DNA from: Chryseobacterium gleum
Lineage (GTDB): Bacteria; Bacteroidota; Bacteroidia; Flavobacteriales_D; Sanyastnellaceae
Direction of reading: 5' to 3'
Assembly: GCA_945874695.1 (NCBI GenBank)
Contig: CAMCHP010000002.1
Coordinates: 23,473-87,472, forward strand
Length of the DNA stretch: 64,000 nucleotides
Notes under the pieces: model-generated
The model's input: only the letters and a program-made list of their open reading frames with translations
What the model was told of the DNA's origin: nothing
Databases searched by the model: none
Shown here: positions 28,697-38,210 of the stretch, one piece after another
Numbering within the stretch: the stretch's first letter is position 1
Layout of the letters: the number at the start of each line of letters is the position of its first letter
Translations under genes and position numbers: made by a program

Positions 28697-31600
28697 TTAA
28701 TCAATTTCAGTTAACGCCGGCAAGCCAAAAGGTGAACTGTGGCGCGAGAGCCATTCATGGCCGCTCATCACCGCTCCGTGCGACCCGATGTAGTCAATCA
28801 ACGCGGCATATTGCGCGCTGTGTTTCAACAATTCAGCCTTGCCAATGAGCACAAACTGCATGCGTGCGCGGGTGATGGCAACATTCAGTTTGCGATCAAC
28901 CTCAATGGTCGCGGTACCCTCTGTACTTTCACGCGTATTCGACGTTAAAAAATGCAGCTGGTCAAGGGCATTCACCGTTGTGCTGTAAATAATAAAGTCG
29001 CGCTGCGAGCCCTGAAAACGCTCAACAGTATCAACCGTAATGTCGCCTGCACCCGCTACGCCACTTTGTTTGAGAAGAGCTTTGATACACCCGATTTGGT
29101 TGCGATACGGGGCAATAATGCCGATGCGTGCCGCCACTTCATCGGCTTGAAGCCGATGCTTTTCAATCAATGCAAGGGCGTACGTTGCAGCAATGGCGGC
29201 CTCTTGCGGATGTACCTTGCGATTTGCGCCAGGCTCACGGTCGCCACTGGCGATAAAGACCAGGCGTTTTTGCAAAATCGCAGGGCCGTCAATCATGAGC
29301 TCATCGGGTTCTTTTTGGTGCGGCCTATCGGCCGGATGCAGCCGCGATCCATACCATTGCCTACTTACAAAATTGCTGATTTCAGGATGCATCCGGCCCT
29401 GAAAGCTCAAGCTGCCCCACGCATGATGATGACCCCCTTCCTGGACAAGACCAAGCATCCGCTCGAAGAGCGAAGACCTTAAATCAACCAGCCCAGCTTG
29501 GCGCAGACGGGGAGTAATGAGTGCATTGCATGCCGCGGTTTGCTGAACCACCGCGGGCAGTTGCCGGTCGTCGCCGATCAACACAAAGCGTTGCGCCTGC
29601 CGCAAAACGTTCACCAGCAAGGGCTCCAGCACTTGCGATGCTTCGTCAACCACGATGCGATCAAACTGCTTCAAGGTAAAAATGGCGCTTCGACTGGCGA
29701 TGGATGCGACCGTAGCCACAACCACACGGCGGTCGTGAATGCGCTGTTTCAAATCGGCGCGCTTTACGCTGCCTGAGGCCAAGTGATGCAGCAATTTGTC
29801 TTCAAAACGCGGGTCACACGAGGTGCTGCTGCCAATGCGGATGTAGTGCTTGCCGGCTCCCAATGCGGATTCAACGGCCTCACAAATTTCATCGACCGCC
29901 CGGTTCGTGTAGGCCAAAAGCAAGATGTTCTCGTTGCGATCGTGCACCTCCTTGATGTAGTTCGCGAGAAACATGCTGGTTTTTCCGGTTCCAGGCGGAC
30001 CAATCAAAATAAAGTAGTCGGGTGCATGCACGGCCCGTGTGAGGAGTTCGCGCAATTCAAGCTTGCTGGCTTCATTCGACGCATCGTTGACTTGCGGTTC
30101 AACGGGAGTATGTCGTTGCGGGAGTGCCGGCGGTAAATTCCCGAGCAAGAGCTGCTGCATGCGATCATTGTGGGTCACAAATGCAAACAGCTCGCGCTGC
30201 ATGGTTTGAAACGACTGATCCATGTAATCATGCTCGATGGCCCAGTGGGTGTGCGCTGCGAAGAGTGCCGTGTGATGCTGTGCATTGCGAAAACCCAAAA
30301 CGAGCTGATTAGCTTCATCGGGCTCTTCAACGAGGTAAGCTTTAATGACTTGCCCCACGACAGCGGTCGAATTGGGTTCGTCGATCGGGTAGAGCACGCA
30401 AATATCGCCTCGCCTGAAGTCGTGATCATCAACCACCTCGCTCGCGATACGCAGCACCATGCGGGGCGGATTCATGTGCAAACGGTTCTCAACCATCACC
30501 AAAGGCGCGAGGCGATCGGCGGCATCACTGGCCCGTTCATCGTCTTTGTTCCACAAGGCGGCATGTCCGAGCCGATGTTTGCCATCGCCTAAACGCGCCA
30601 ACCATTGTTCATTGGCGATGAAACGAAGGTACACCGCAAGGTAATCGCGCTGCAAGGCCGTTAGGCTTGCCAAGTTGCCTTGAAAGCGATCAAAATTCGA
30701 GCTAAACCATCCCGGTATGCGCGCATCGGAAGGAATGCCGCACGATGCGTAGTTAAGGGTTTGCAGCAATGCAACAACAGCAGCCACATTTTCAGCCTCG
30801 GCCAATTGGCGCTCCCCGTGAACGATCGCATTGCGCAGTGCAATAATGCGCTGCTCCATGGCCGAGAAGCGCGTAATGTAGCGCAAATTGCTTCCTGGAA
30901 CTTGTACGGCTGAATAAAGCAAGTATACGTGCGTGTTGCTGTACTCCAGTTTGAGCACCTGATGAATCAACATTTGATACATGCGCGCTTGAGCCGCATG
31001 GGCCTCGTTGACGGCGTCGAGGTCGTCGGGCGGCCAAGGCAACTTGCCCGATTTCAATTCGACAATGGTCGCATGGCTTTCGCCGAGGTGCAGCAAATCG
31101 AGGCGGCCTTGCAAGCCCAAATCGGGCGACATGAAGGAGGGTTCAATTAAGGGCTCACGCGGCGGTACAGGCGGACGCAACTTCGGGAGGTCGTTTTGTA
31201 CTACGCGAAGGAGGTTCGTGTATTGCGACCACGCGCTTCCGCGCATGAAATCAACCAAAGCGTGGTCTTCAGGGAAATGCGTGAGGTATTCGAGCGGAAA
31301 CCAGCTGAAGCTCTCGGCAAATAGTGTTTTGAAATCGGGGGGTGTATCAGCCGCGTAAACGAGCTGATCAAAAAATCCGTTGACGAGGTTTCCAAGAAAG
31401 AGCTGAACTGTGCTGTCGCTGCTGCTGAGTCGGTTGATGAACCACAGCGCCGATGAGGCCACCTCGGTGTTTGCGAGTTTCTGAAAACAAGCCGCGAGGC
31501 CCGAGACATCGAGCAAGTAATCAGGCTGATACACAACGAGGCGCGCGCGCAAGATCGACTCACCATCGGGGTCAGTATCGGTTACATCAATGAGTGAGAG

Positions 31601-32179
31601 GGTGTCGCCTGGCGTGCACATGCGCAAGGTTTCTTCAAAGCGGGGATGTTCGGCAAATCGGATGCGCGCAGGGACTTCAGCGTCGCGCGTGTCAGCCGTT
31701 ATGCGCAAGCCGTCGGCGACACATTCATAAACGACGGCGCGTAGCTCACGAAAACGCGTTGTTCGCTCTTCGTTGCGCGGCTGGTACTTCTTGAGTTCAA
31801 CCTGTGGCAAATCGTCGGGCACGGCCACGTCGTAAACATGCGCAATGAGTTGCGCGAGGGCACTGAAGCCCGCATCGACATCGTGCGATGAAACATCCTG
31901 GGTACTTTGCCTTTTGGTGACCACGCGCAACTGATGCAAGTTCGCACGCACCGCGTCAGGTGCGTTGAAGGTGCGGCAGAGGTACTCGATTCGGCTGAAA
32001 AGGTTGGGGAAGCGAACACTGCTGTCTTCGAGCATGCGCGCAGTGATGTACTGCAGTTGACGCCTTAAAGCAAGGGCTCGCTCATCTGGCCGATAGGCCG
32101 AAAACCCAATTAACGCCTCGCGCAACAGCGCATAGAACGCCTCGGCGAGCGGTATTTCATGTTCGTTTTTTGACTTCAC
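28697..32179 (-). CDS. Dna2/Nam7-like nuclease-helicase (PD-(D/E)xK nuclease fused to SF1B helicase)
   Basis: EPSF.SPDLGLQGRLD...VELKSGK...HAAQARMY nuclease; GPPGTGKT, VDEASQ, GDDRQLP, RMHPEI, TVERFQGSQRD, RKLNVAITRAR helicase motifs. Confidence 0.88.
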   Translation of the reverse strand: MKSKNEHEIPLAEAFYALLREALIGFSAYRPDERALALRRQLQYITARMLEDSSVRFPNLFSRIEYLCRTFNAPDAVRANLHQLRVVTKRQSTQDVSSHDVDAGFSALAQLIAHVYDVAVPDDLPQVELKKYQPRNEERTTRFRELRAVVYECVADGLRITADTRDAEVPARIRFAEHPRFEETLRMCTPGDTLSLIDVTDTDPDGESILRARLVVYQPDYLLDVSGLAACFQKLANTEVASSALWFINRLSSSDSTVQLFLGNLVNGFFDQLVYAADTPPDFKTLFAESFSWFPLEYLTHFPEDHALVDFMRGSAWSQYTNLLRVVQNDLPKLRPPVPPREPLIEPSFMSPDLGLQGRLDLLHLGESHATIVELKSGKLPWPPDDLDAVNEAHAAQARMYQMLIHQVLKLEYSNTHVYLLYSAVQVPGSNLRYITRFSAMEQRIIALRNAIVHGERQLAEAENVAAVVALLQTLNYASCGIPSDARIPGWFSSNFDRFQGNLASLTALQRDYLAVYLRFIANEQWLARLGDGKHRLGHAALWNKDDERASDAADRLAPLVMVENRLHMNPPRMVLRIASEVVDDHDFRRGDICVLYPIDEPNSTAVVGQVIKAYLVEEPDEANQLVLGFRNAQHHTALFAAHTHWAIEHDYMDQSFQTMQRELFAFVTHNDRMQQLLLGNLPPALPQRHTPVEPQVNDASNEASKLELRELLTRAVHAPDYFILIGPPGTGKTSMFLANYIKEVHDRNENILLLAYTNRAVDEICEAVESALGAGKHYIRIGSSTSCDPRFEDKLLHHLASGSVKRADLKQRIHDRRVVVATVASIASRSAIFTLKQFDRIVVDEASQVLEPLLVNVLRQAQRFVLIGDDRQLPAVVQQTAACNALITPRLRQAGLVDLRSSLFERMLGLVQEGGHHHAWGSLSFQGRMHPEISNFVSRQWYGSRLHPADRPHQKEPDELMIDGPAILQKRLVFIASGDREPGANRKVHPQEAAIAATYALALIEKHRLQADEVAARIGIIAPYRNQIGCIKALLKQSGVAGAGDITVDTVERFQGSQRDFIIYSTTVNALDQLHFLTSNTRESTEGTATIEVDRKLNVAITRARMQFVLIGKAELLKHSAQYAALIDYIGSHGAVMSGHEWLSRHSSPFGLPALTEID

Positions 32180-32278
32180 AGTTGCGAAGGTAATTGTTCA
32201 CCTTTGCGTTGCAGCATGTAACTTTGTAAGTGTCGGCAAAAATTTGTATATTGTAGAAATGAGCCTCGATCTCTCGAA

Positions 32279-33040
32279 ATGAAACACATGAAAAACACCC
32301 TTCCATTTTTTGCAAGTCTGTTCTTGCTTCTTTCCACATTCACCGCATGGTCACAAGATGAAAAGCGCATTGCGGCCTTAAGTGCTACGCCCGAATTGCG
32401 CGTGGAGCAACGCCAAGTATCGTGGGTACGCAATGACTATACGGCGCATACCATCTACATTATTGGCGACGCGAAAGAAATTGAAAAGCAGTTTGAAAAA
32501 CTTTTGAAGAGCAAATACAAAATGAAGTTTAGCAGCACACGCGGCTGGCGCGAAACGCAGAATGTACTCATGGCCGACATTATTGCGGAGAGTGCCAATG
32601 TGGCCTTTTCAACCGAGGAGGAGCGCGAGGGAACGCGTTTGCGCATGATTGTAGACCTGGGTGGCAACTCGCTTAATGGGTTGCAGTACCCAGTAGCTGT
32701 GAACAGCCTTGAAAACTTGCTGATCGGATTTGCTCGCGAGTTTTACGCAGCGGCTTACAATGAAGCCATTGAAACCGAGCGAGATCTTTTGAAAGACGAA
32801 GAAAAGGCGCTCGCAGAACTCGAGAAAACCGAGAAAAAACTTAAAAAAGAGAACGAAAAAGCGGCAAAATCGATTGAAAAACTCGAAAAAGAGCTCGAAA
32901 AGCAGCGCCGCACGATTTCAGACAACGAGAGCACGTTGAGCAACGACGAAAAAACGCGGGAACAAAAACGTTCGCAGGTACAAAGCCGTACCGAATTGCT
33001 CGATCGCTTGCGCAAAGCTGCCGACGGCGTGCGCCGTTAA
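32279..33040 (+). CDS. Exported hypothetical protein with C-terminal coiled coil
   Basis: Signal peptide (..TAWS-Q); last ~95 aa are E/K-rich heptads. Confidence 0.7.
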   Translation: MKHMKNTLPFFASLFLLLSTFTAWSQDEKRIAALSATPELRVEQRQVSWVRNDYTAHTIYIIGDAKEIEKQFEKLLKSKYKMKFSSTRGWRETQNVLMADIIAESANVAFSTEEEREGTRLRMIVDLGGNSLNGLQYPVAVNSLENLLIGFAREFYAAAYNEAIETERDLLKDEEKALAELEKTEKKLKKENEKAAKSIEKLEKELEKQRRTISDNESTLSNDEKTREQKRSQVQSRTELLDRLRKAADGVRR

Positions 33041-33048
33041 TTGCGAGA

Positions 33049-33789
33049 TTACTGATTCAGCGCAGCGAAATTTGCACTTACCGCATCCCAATTCACCAAT
33101 TCCATAAACGCTTTCACGTAGTCGGCGCGGCGGTTTTGGTAGTTGAGGTAGTAGGCGTGTTCCCAAACGTCAATGCCTAAAATGGGCGTTGCTAGCTCTG
33201 GCACAAGATTCACCATCAACGGATTGTCTTGATTCGGCGTGGAGCTGATCACTAAGCGTTGATCGGCTGTTTTGCTCAACCAGGCCCAACCCGACCCAAA
33301 CCGGCTCATGGCTGCTGCGCTAAACTGCTCGCCAAACGCTTCTATGCTGCCAAAGGTCGCAATGAGTGCATCGGCTAAAGCGCCCGCAGGTGCATTTCCA
33401 CCGCCGGGAGCAATGGTTTTCCAGTATAGCGTGTGGTTGAAATGTCCGCCGGCATTGTTGCGAATTGCGGTGTCATCCGCCCCAATTTTCGCGAGAATTG
33501 CTTCTAAGGCCATTCCGTTGTATGCGGTTGTGCCCTCAAGCGCTGCGTTGAGGTTTTTCACGTAACCCGCGTGGTGTTTACCGTGGTGTATTTCCATGGT
33601 CATGGCATCAATGCGCGGTTCAAGCGCGTTGAATGCATAACCCAGTTCAGGGAGCGTGAAAATCGTTGGGCTTGAAGCCGCTTCAACGGGGGCTGCCGGT
33701 GGTGCCGCATCCGTGCAGGCCATGAAAGGAGCCACCGCTACACCGGCACCAAAGATGCCAGTCATTTTCAAAAAAGTACGTTTTTCCAT
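33049..33789 (-). CDS. Fe/Mn superoxide dismutase (Mn-type signature) with Tat/lipoprotein-like leader
   Basis: MEIHHGKHH, NNAGGHFNHTLYW, FGSGWAWL, PNQD, DVWEHAYY; N-terminus KRTFLK...FMAC. Confidence 0.93.
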   Translation of the reverse strand: MEKRTFLKMTGIFGAGVAVAPFMACTDAAPPAAPVEAASSPTIFTLPELGYAFNALEPRIDAMTMEIHHGKHHAGYVKNLNAALEGTTAYNGMALEAILAKIGADDTAIRNNAGGHFNHTLYWKTIAPGGGNAPAGALADALIATFGSIEAFGEQFSAAAMSRFGSGWAWLSKTADQRLVISSTPNQDNPLMVNLVPELATPILGIDVWEHAYYLNYQNRRADYVKAFMELVNWDAVSANFAALNQ

Positions 33790-33950
33790 GGGCTTACAGA
33801 TGTGGTTACTCTACAAAGGTGGCTATTTTCTGCGCCAAATACAAAACCTAGATCAACACGCGTTGTTCAACAGCGGAGTGTTCGTGAGAACATCATTTCG
33901 CGTGTGATTCGCGCCTCAATTTTGGCCTAATTTATGCGGTGATTGTAAGC

Positions 33951-36629
33951 ATGCGGAAAGTCTTCAAATTTTTCTTCATTTCTAGCGCAGTATTCATACT
34001 TGCACTTTCCGCGCTTTTGCTTTGGGCCTACACCCATGAAGATGAGCTCAAGGCGAAGGCATTAGCGGCTTTGCAAGAAGGCCTCGTTACAAAAATGGAG
34101 GTTAGCAGCATCGATTATAGCGTGTTCAAGCACTTCCCCAATGCGGCTTTGCAATGCAACAACGTGGTGTTGTTTGACACCTTTGAGCCGAGCGACACCC
34201 TCATTTATGCGAACGAAATCAGCTTTGAAATAGGCCTGATCAGTTTGCTCACGGGCAGCGTGGCTTTCGACCAAATTCGCGTGGTAAATGGCGGCGTGAA
34301 ATTGCGGCGAGCGGCGAGTGGAACCGATAATTTTCACTTCTGGAAATCGGCCGAAGGCGCTGAAAATAAATCAAGTGAAGTGTTCAACATCGAGGTGATT
34401 CGACTCGAAAACGTTTATTTCCTCTACGACGATCGACAAAGCGATGTTTACTTGGAATTTTACGGACTTCGTGCGAATGTGAACGGACAATTCAGCGGCC
34501 AAGGCGTGCGCGCAGAAGGCGACATCGAAACCCGTTCAGCAACCGTTCGCACGGATGGTGAAACGTGGTTGAACGGCCTTCCCATTCAGGGCTCCCTTGC
34601 CACCGACATCAACACCGAAACAAGCGTTTACCGATTTGAACCCTTCGACCTCGATGTTTCAGGCGTGCGTTTGCAGGGCCAAGCTGAATTTACAGCCGAT
34701 GATTCAGGCATCGCCTGCGACATCAACGCCGAGTTGGGCTCACTTGACCTTGAAACGGTCATCAAGCACTTGCCCGCATCTGCCGCGCATTTTTTTGAGC
34801 CGTACGACGTCAAAGGCAAGGGCAGCGGCAACTTTCAGTTGAGTGGCCGAGCGAGTGCGCGTGAAACACCCACATGGAGTGCCGAACTCGAGCTCAAAAA
34901 CACGGCCGTAGCGCATCGCGCACAGGGTGTTAAATTCGACGACATTTCTGGAAAGTTCTCGGTTTCGGGCGGTAAAGAAGGAGATGAGCAATTGCGTATT
35001 CACCACTTCAGCGGCTACCTCGACGGTGGAAAAATTGACGTGCAGGGCACGTTGACTGATTTCAGCGCACTGAACGTGCAAGCATCACTCAACGCCGATT
35101 TGCGGCTTGAAAAAGTAAATGAGTTCTTTGAAATCCCCACCCTTGCTGGTGCCGACGGCCGAGCAATCGTCGCTCTGTCGTTTGATGGTTTACTGCCTAT
35201 TCGGCAGGATGGGGACAGTGCCCGATTTGACGCCACCCTGTTCAAGCAAGCACGATACAGCGGTCAAGTTGATCTCCGCGAAGCAACATTGCAGCTCACA
35301 TCCATGCCCAAGCCCATTGAAGAATTGAATGGGATGCTTTACTTGGATAGCGAAGGCGCCCAAGTGCAAGCCTTGGCCTTGCGCATTGGCTCAACCGACC
35401 TGGTGCTCGAAGGAAGCATCACCAACATTCTCCCGTGGCTCTTGGTAGAAGAAGAGGTGCTGCGTCTTGATGCTACCTGCAAAAGCCGAAATTTCAACCT
35501 CGACGCCTTCTTGGCTGATCAAGACGCGCCCGCCTCATCTGACGAAGCCTACTTGTTCGCCTTGCCCGACCACATTGATATTCGGGTAGCAGCCGAATTT
35601 GAGCAGCTCAACTTCCGCGCGTTTAGCGCGAAAAACATTTCAGGGCAGCTGATCATGAACCGTTACGGCCTCCGCGTTGACCCCATGCGCTTTGAAACAG
35701 CGAGCGGCAGCGTAAACCTCCAAATGCAGGCGTCACCCACAGCAAGCGGATTTCTTCTTACCCTCACGAGCACGCTCAATCAACTCGACATTCGCCAGGT
35801 TTTTATGCAATTCGAGGAATTTGGTCAAGACTTCATCACCTCCCAGAATCTCCGCGGGCAATGCCAAGCCGACGTTGTATTTCGGGCCAACATGAGCGCG
35901 AGCCTTGCCATTGATGTTGACAACATGATGAGTTCAATTGACCTCAAAATCACCAACGGGGAGTTGATCGGGCTGCAGAGTATGCAGCACATCAGTGACT
36001 ATATGCGCTCCAACAAACTCATTTCACCCTTTGTAAAAGTTGACTTGTTGGAAGAGAAACTGCAGCACGTTAAATTTCAAACGCTCGAAAACCGGATCGA
36101 AATTAAAGACCGCCACATCTACTTCCCGATGATGGATGTAAAATCATCGGCGATGGATATTAAAACCAGCGGCACCCATTACTTTGATGGCCGCATCGAC
36201 TACTCCATTGGATTGTATTTGCGCGACATCCTTTTGCGGGGCAACCGCAGCGAATTCGGGAGCATCGAAGACGATGGCTTGGGTCATCGCGTGTTTTTGT
36301 CGATGACCGGAACCACAGACGACCCCGCGTTTGGGTATGACCGTGAAGCCAAGCGCGAAGTGAAACAACAAGAACGTGAAGCTGAACGCGACCTCTTGAA
36401 AACGCTCATCAAAGACGAGTTCTTGCGGTTCAAAAAGCGCGATGAGTCGACGCCGCGTAACAGCGGAACGACCGATCCGAATCACGCCATTTCTGTTGAC
36501 TGGGACGATGAAGCCCCGCCTGCGGAGCAAGAACCTCAAGAACCGCCAAAAAAACGACGGTGGAACCTTGCTACGCCAAACGACGATGAGAAGGTAGCCC
36601 CCCCACCTGACGATGACGACGATTTTTGA
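33951..36629 (+). CDS. AsmA-like (AsmA/TamB superfamily) protein
   Basis: N-terminal TM anchor, FKHFP motif, long beta-strand-rich body, SSAMDIKTSGTH.FDG.IDY C-terminal region. Confidence 0.8.
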   Translation: MRKVFKFFFISSAVFILALSALLLWAYTHEDELKAKALAALQEGLVTKMEVSSIDYSVFKHFPNAALQCNNVVLFDTFEPSDTLIYANEISFEIGLISLLTGSVAFDQIRVVNGGVKLRRAASGTDNFHFWKSAEGAENKSSEVFNIEVIRLENVYFLYDDRQSDVYLEFYGLRANVNGQFSGQGVRAEGDIETRSATVRTDGETWLNGLPIQGSLATDINTETSVYRFEPFDLDVSGVRLQGQAEFTADDSGIACDINAELGSLDLETVIKHLPASAAHFFEPYDVKGKGSGNFQLSGRASARETPTWSAELELKNTAVAHRAQGVKFDDISGKFSVSGGKEGDEQLRIHHFSGYLDGGKIDVQGTLTDFSALNVQASLNADLRLEKVNEFFEIPTLAGADGRAIVALSFDGLLPIRQDGDSARFDATLFKQARYSGQVDLREATLQLTSMPKPIEELNGMLYLDSEGAQVQALALRIGSTDLVLEGSITNILPWLLVEEEVLRLDATCKSRNFNLDAFLADQDAPASSDEAYLFALPDHIDIRVAAEFEQLNFRAFSAKNISGQLIMNRYGLRVDPMRFETASGSVNLQMQASPTASGFLLTLTSTLNQLDIRQVFMQFEEFGQDFITSQNLRGQCQADVVFRANMSASLAIDVDNMMSSIDLKITNGELIGLQSMQHISDYMRSNKLISPFVKVDLLEEKLQHVKFQTLENRIEIKDRHIYFPMMDVKSSAMDIKTSGTHYFDGRIDYSIGLYLRDILLRGNRSEFGSIEDDGLGHRVFLSMTGTTDDPAFGYDREAKREVKQQEREAERDLLKTLIKDEFLRFKKRDESTPRNSGTTDPNHAISVDWDDEAPPAEQEPQEPPKKRRWNLATPNDDEKVAPPPDDDDDF

Positions 36630-37975
36630 TGACCGAACGAACCTCTACACCCGACTTACCGGAGCTTTTCATCACCCGTTTTTCGGCTGATTTCCCCGCG
36701 CAGGCAGCCGGCGTTTTGGCCGCGATGTATGATGCGCCAACGCCTGCGCTCAATGCGAACATCCGAAAACGCACGTCCTTGCCAACAACCGCAGGCCGAG
36801 TGGCGTGGAATGTCAACGGCCAATATTTATTCGAAGGTTACTCGCCGGTTTTCGATCCGCTTTGGCATGCCGGTGGGTACTACATGATGGAAGCCGCTTC
36901 ACAATCGGTCGCGCATGTTCTCGCGGCGTTGGCACTGCCTGCTCAAGCGCGTGCACTTGACCTCTGTGCTGCCCCGGGCGGGAAATCGAGTGTGTTATTG
37001 AACAGCTTGCCTGATGATGCCGTGGTCGTCTCGAACGAGATTGTTCGATCACGTGCCAACATCTTGTATGAGAACGCTGTGAAATGGGGTTGCGACAACC
37101 ATTTGGTGAGCCACGTTGACCCACAAACTTTAGCGGCAAGCGGTTTGTTATTTGATCTAATTTTGGTTGATGCACCATGCAGCGGGGAGGGCATGTTTCG
37201 CAAAGATGTGCAGGCGCGGGCCGAGTGGTCTGTTGACAATGTAAATCAGTGCGCCTTACGGCAGCGCGACATTCTGACTGCTGCAACCGCAATGATGGCG
37301 CAAGGCGGGTACCTCATTTACAGCACGTGCACCTTCGCTGAGGTTGAAAACGATGCGCAAATCGACGCCCTACTGGCCAGCGGAGACTGGCAAGTGGTGC
37401 CCATCGATTTTGAGGCTTGCCCTGCAGACAATCGTCCGCTGGCAACCCGCCATGGATGGCAGTTTCTTCCGGGAATTACGCGCGGTGAGGGCTTGTACAT
37501 TAGCGCGCTGCAGTTTACAGGATTAAACGAACGGGGCCGGCATAAAATTGATACACACTTCCATCCTTTCAAAGGGGCGGTCACCTTTCAAAGCCCGATC
37601 GCGACAGGGGCGCACACCTTAGTCGCTGATGGGCCGCGTGTTTGGCACATGCATCCGGCCGTTCAGGCCGTAGCCAACCACCTGCGCACCTTCAAAATAC
37701 CCTTGCTCAAGGCAGGCATTGCCGTGGGCGCGTTGAAAGGAAAAGACCTTTTACCTGATCACGAGCTCGCCCTTTGGAACGGTTGGTCACCTCAGCACGG
37801 GGTTGAAATGGAGGTGGCTGATGCGCTCAATTATTTGCGCGGACAGAGCCAGCGGGGCATGCACCCTAAAGGTTGGAACCTCGTTTTGCATCAGGGCCAA
37901 GCGCTGGGTTGGATGAAAAGCATCGGCGATCGGTGGAACAATGCCTACCCCCAACACTGGAAATTGCGTTCGTAG
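36629..37975 (+). CDS. RsmF/NOL1/NOP2/Sun family rRNA m5C methyltransferase
   Basis: LDLCAAPGGKS, LVDAPCSGEGMFRKD, YSTCT, C-terminal LGW.K.IG.RWNN.YP..W; ATG overlaps the AsmA stop. Confidence 0.9.
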   Translation: MTERTSTPDLPELFITRFSADFPAQAAGVLAAMYDAPTPALNANIRKRTSLPTTAGRVAWNVNGQYLFEGYSPVFDPLWHAGGYYMMEAASQSVAHVLAALALPAQARALDLCAAPGGKSSVLLNSLPDDAVVVSNEIVRSRANILYENAVKWGCDNHLVSHVDPQTLAASGLLFDLILVDAPCSGEGMFRKDVQARAEWSVDNVNQCALRQRDILTAATAMMAQGGYLIYSTCTFAEVENDAQIDALLASGDWQVVPIDFEACPADNRPLATRHGWQFLPGITRGEGLYISALQFTGLNERGRHKIDTHFHPFKGAVTFQSPIATGAHTLVADGPRVWHMHPAVQAVANHLRTFKIPLLKAGIAVGALKGKDLLPDHELALWNGWSPQHGVEMEVADALNYLRGQSQRGMHPKGWNLVLHQGQALGWMKSIGDRWNNAYPQHWKLRS

Positions 37976-38098
37976 CTACGCCTGCAAAGTTTACATCTAC
38001 GGTTTTAAATTCATACTGCACAGTCTCAATTGCTTGCATTAGCTTCGGTTTCAGAAGCGAGCAAACGTGCTTGCGGTTAAGGGTAACTGTGAAGAGGT

Positions 38099-38133
38099 AA
38101 GGGCGGTGGTGTTACAACCACCGCCTTTATTTT
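38099..38133 (+). terminator. Intrinsic terminator-like hairpin
   Basis: aagggcggtggt-gttaca-accaccgccttt followed by atttt. Confidence 0.7.
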
Positions 38134-38210
38134 ACCGATTAATCTTAAAAATAGCCAAGCACTCGTTTTGGGTTGAATCGCATGGGTTGAGGCGTTATAT
38201 TCGGCATCGA

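Noticed and set aside
31000..31150. Cas4-like nuclease motif as evidence of CRISPR-Cas
   Set aside because: It is a domain of the Dna2-like fusion; no cas1/cas2 or array is in the window.
28546..32179. Genomic island integrated at the tRNA
   Set aside because: No integrase and no duplicated tRNA 3' end seen; the tRNA 3' side abuts a terminator and the core gene ppa.
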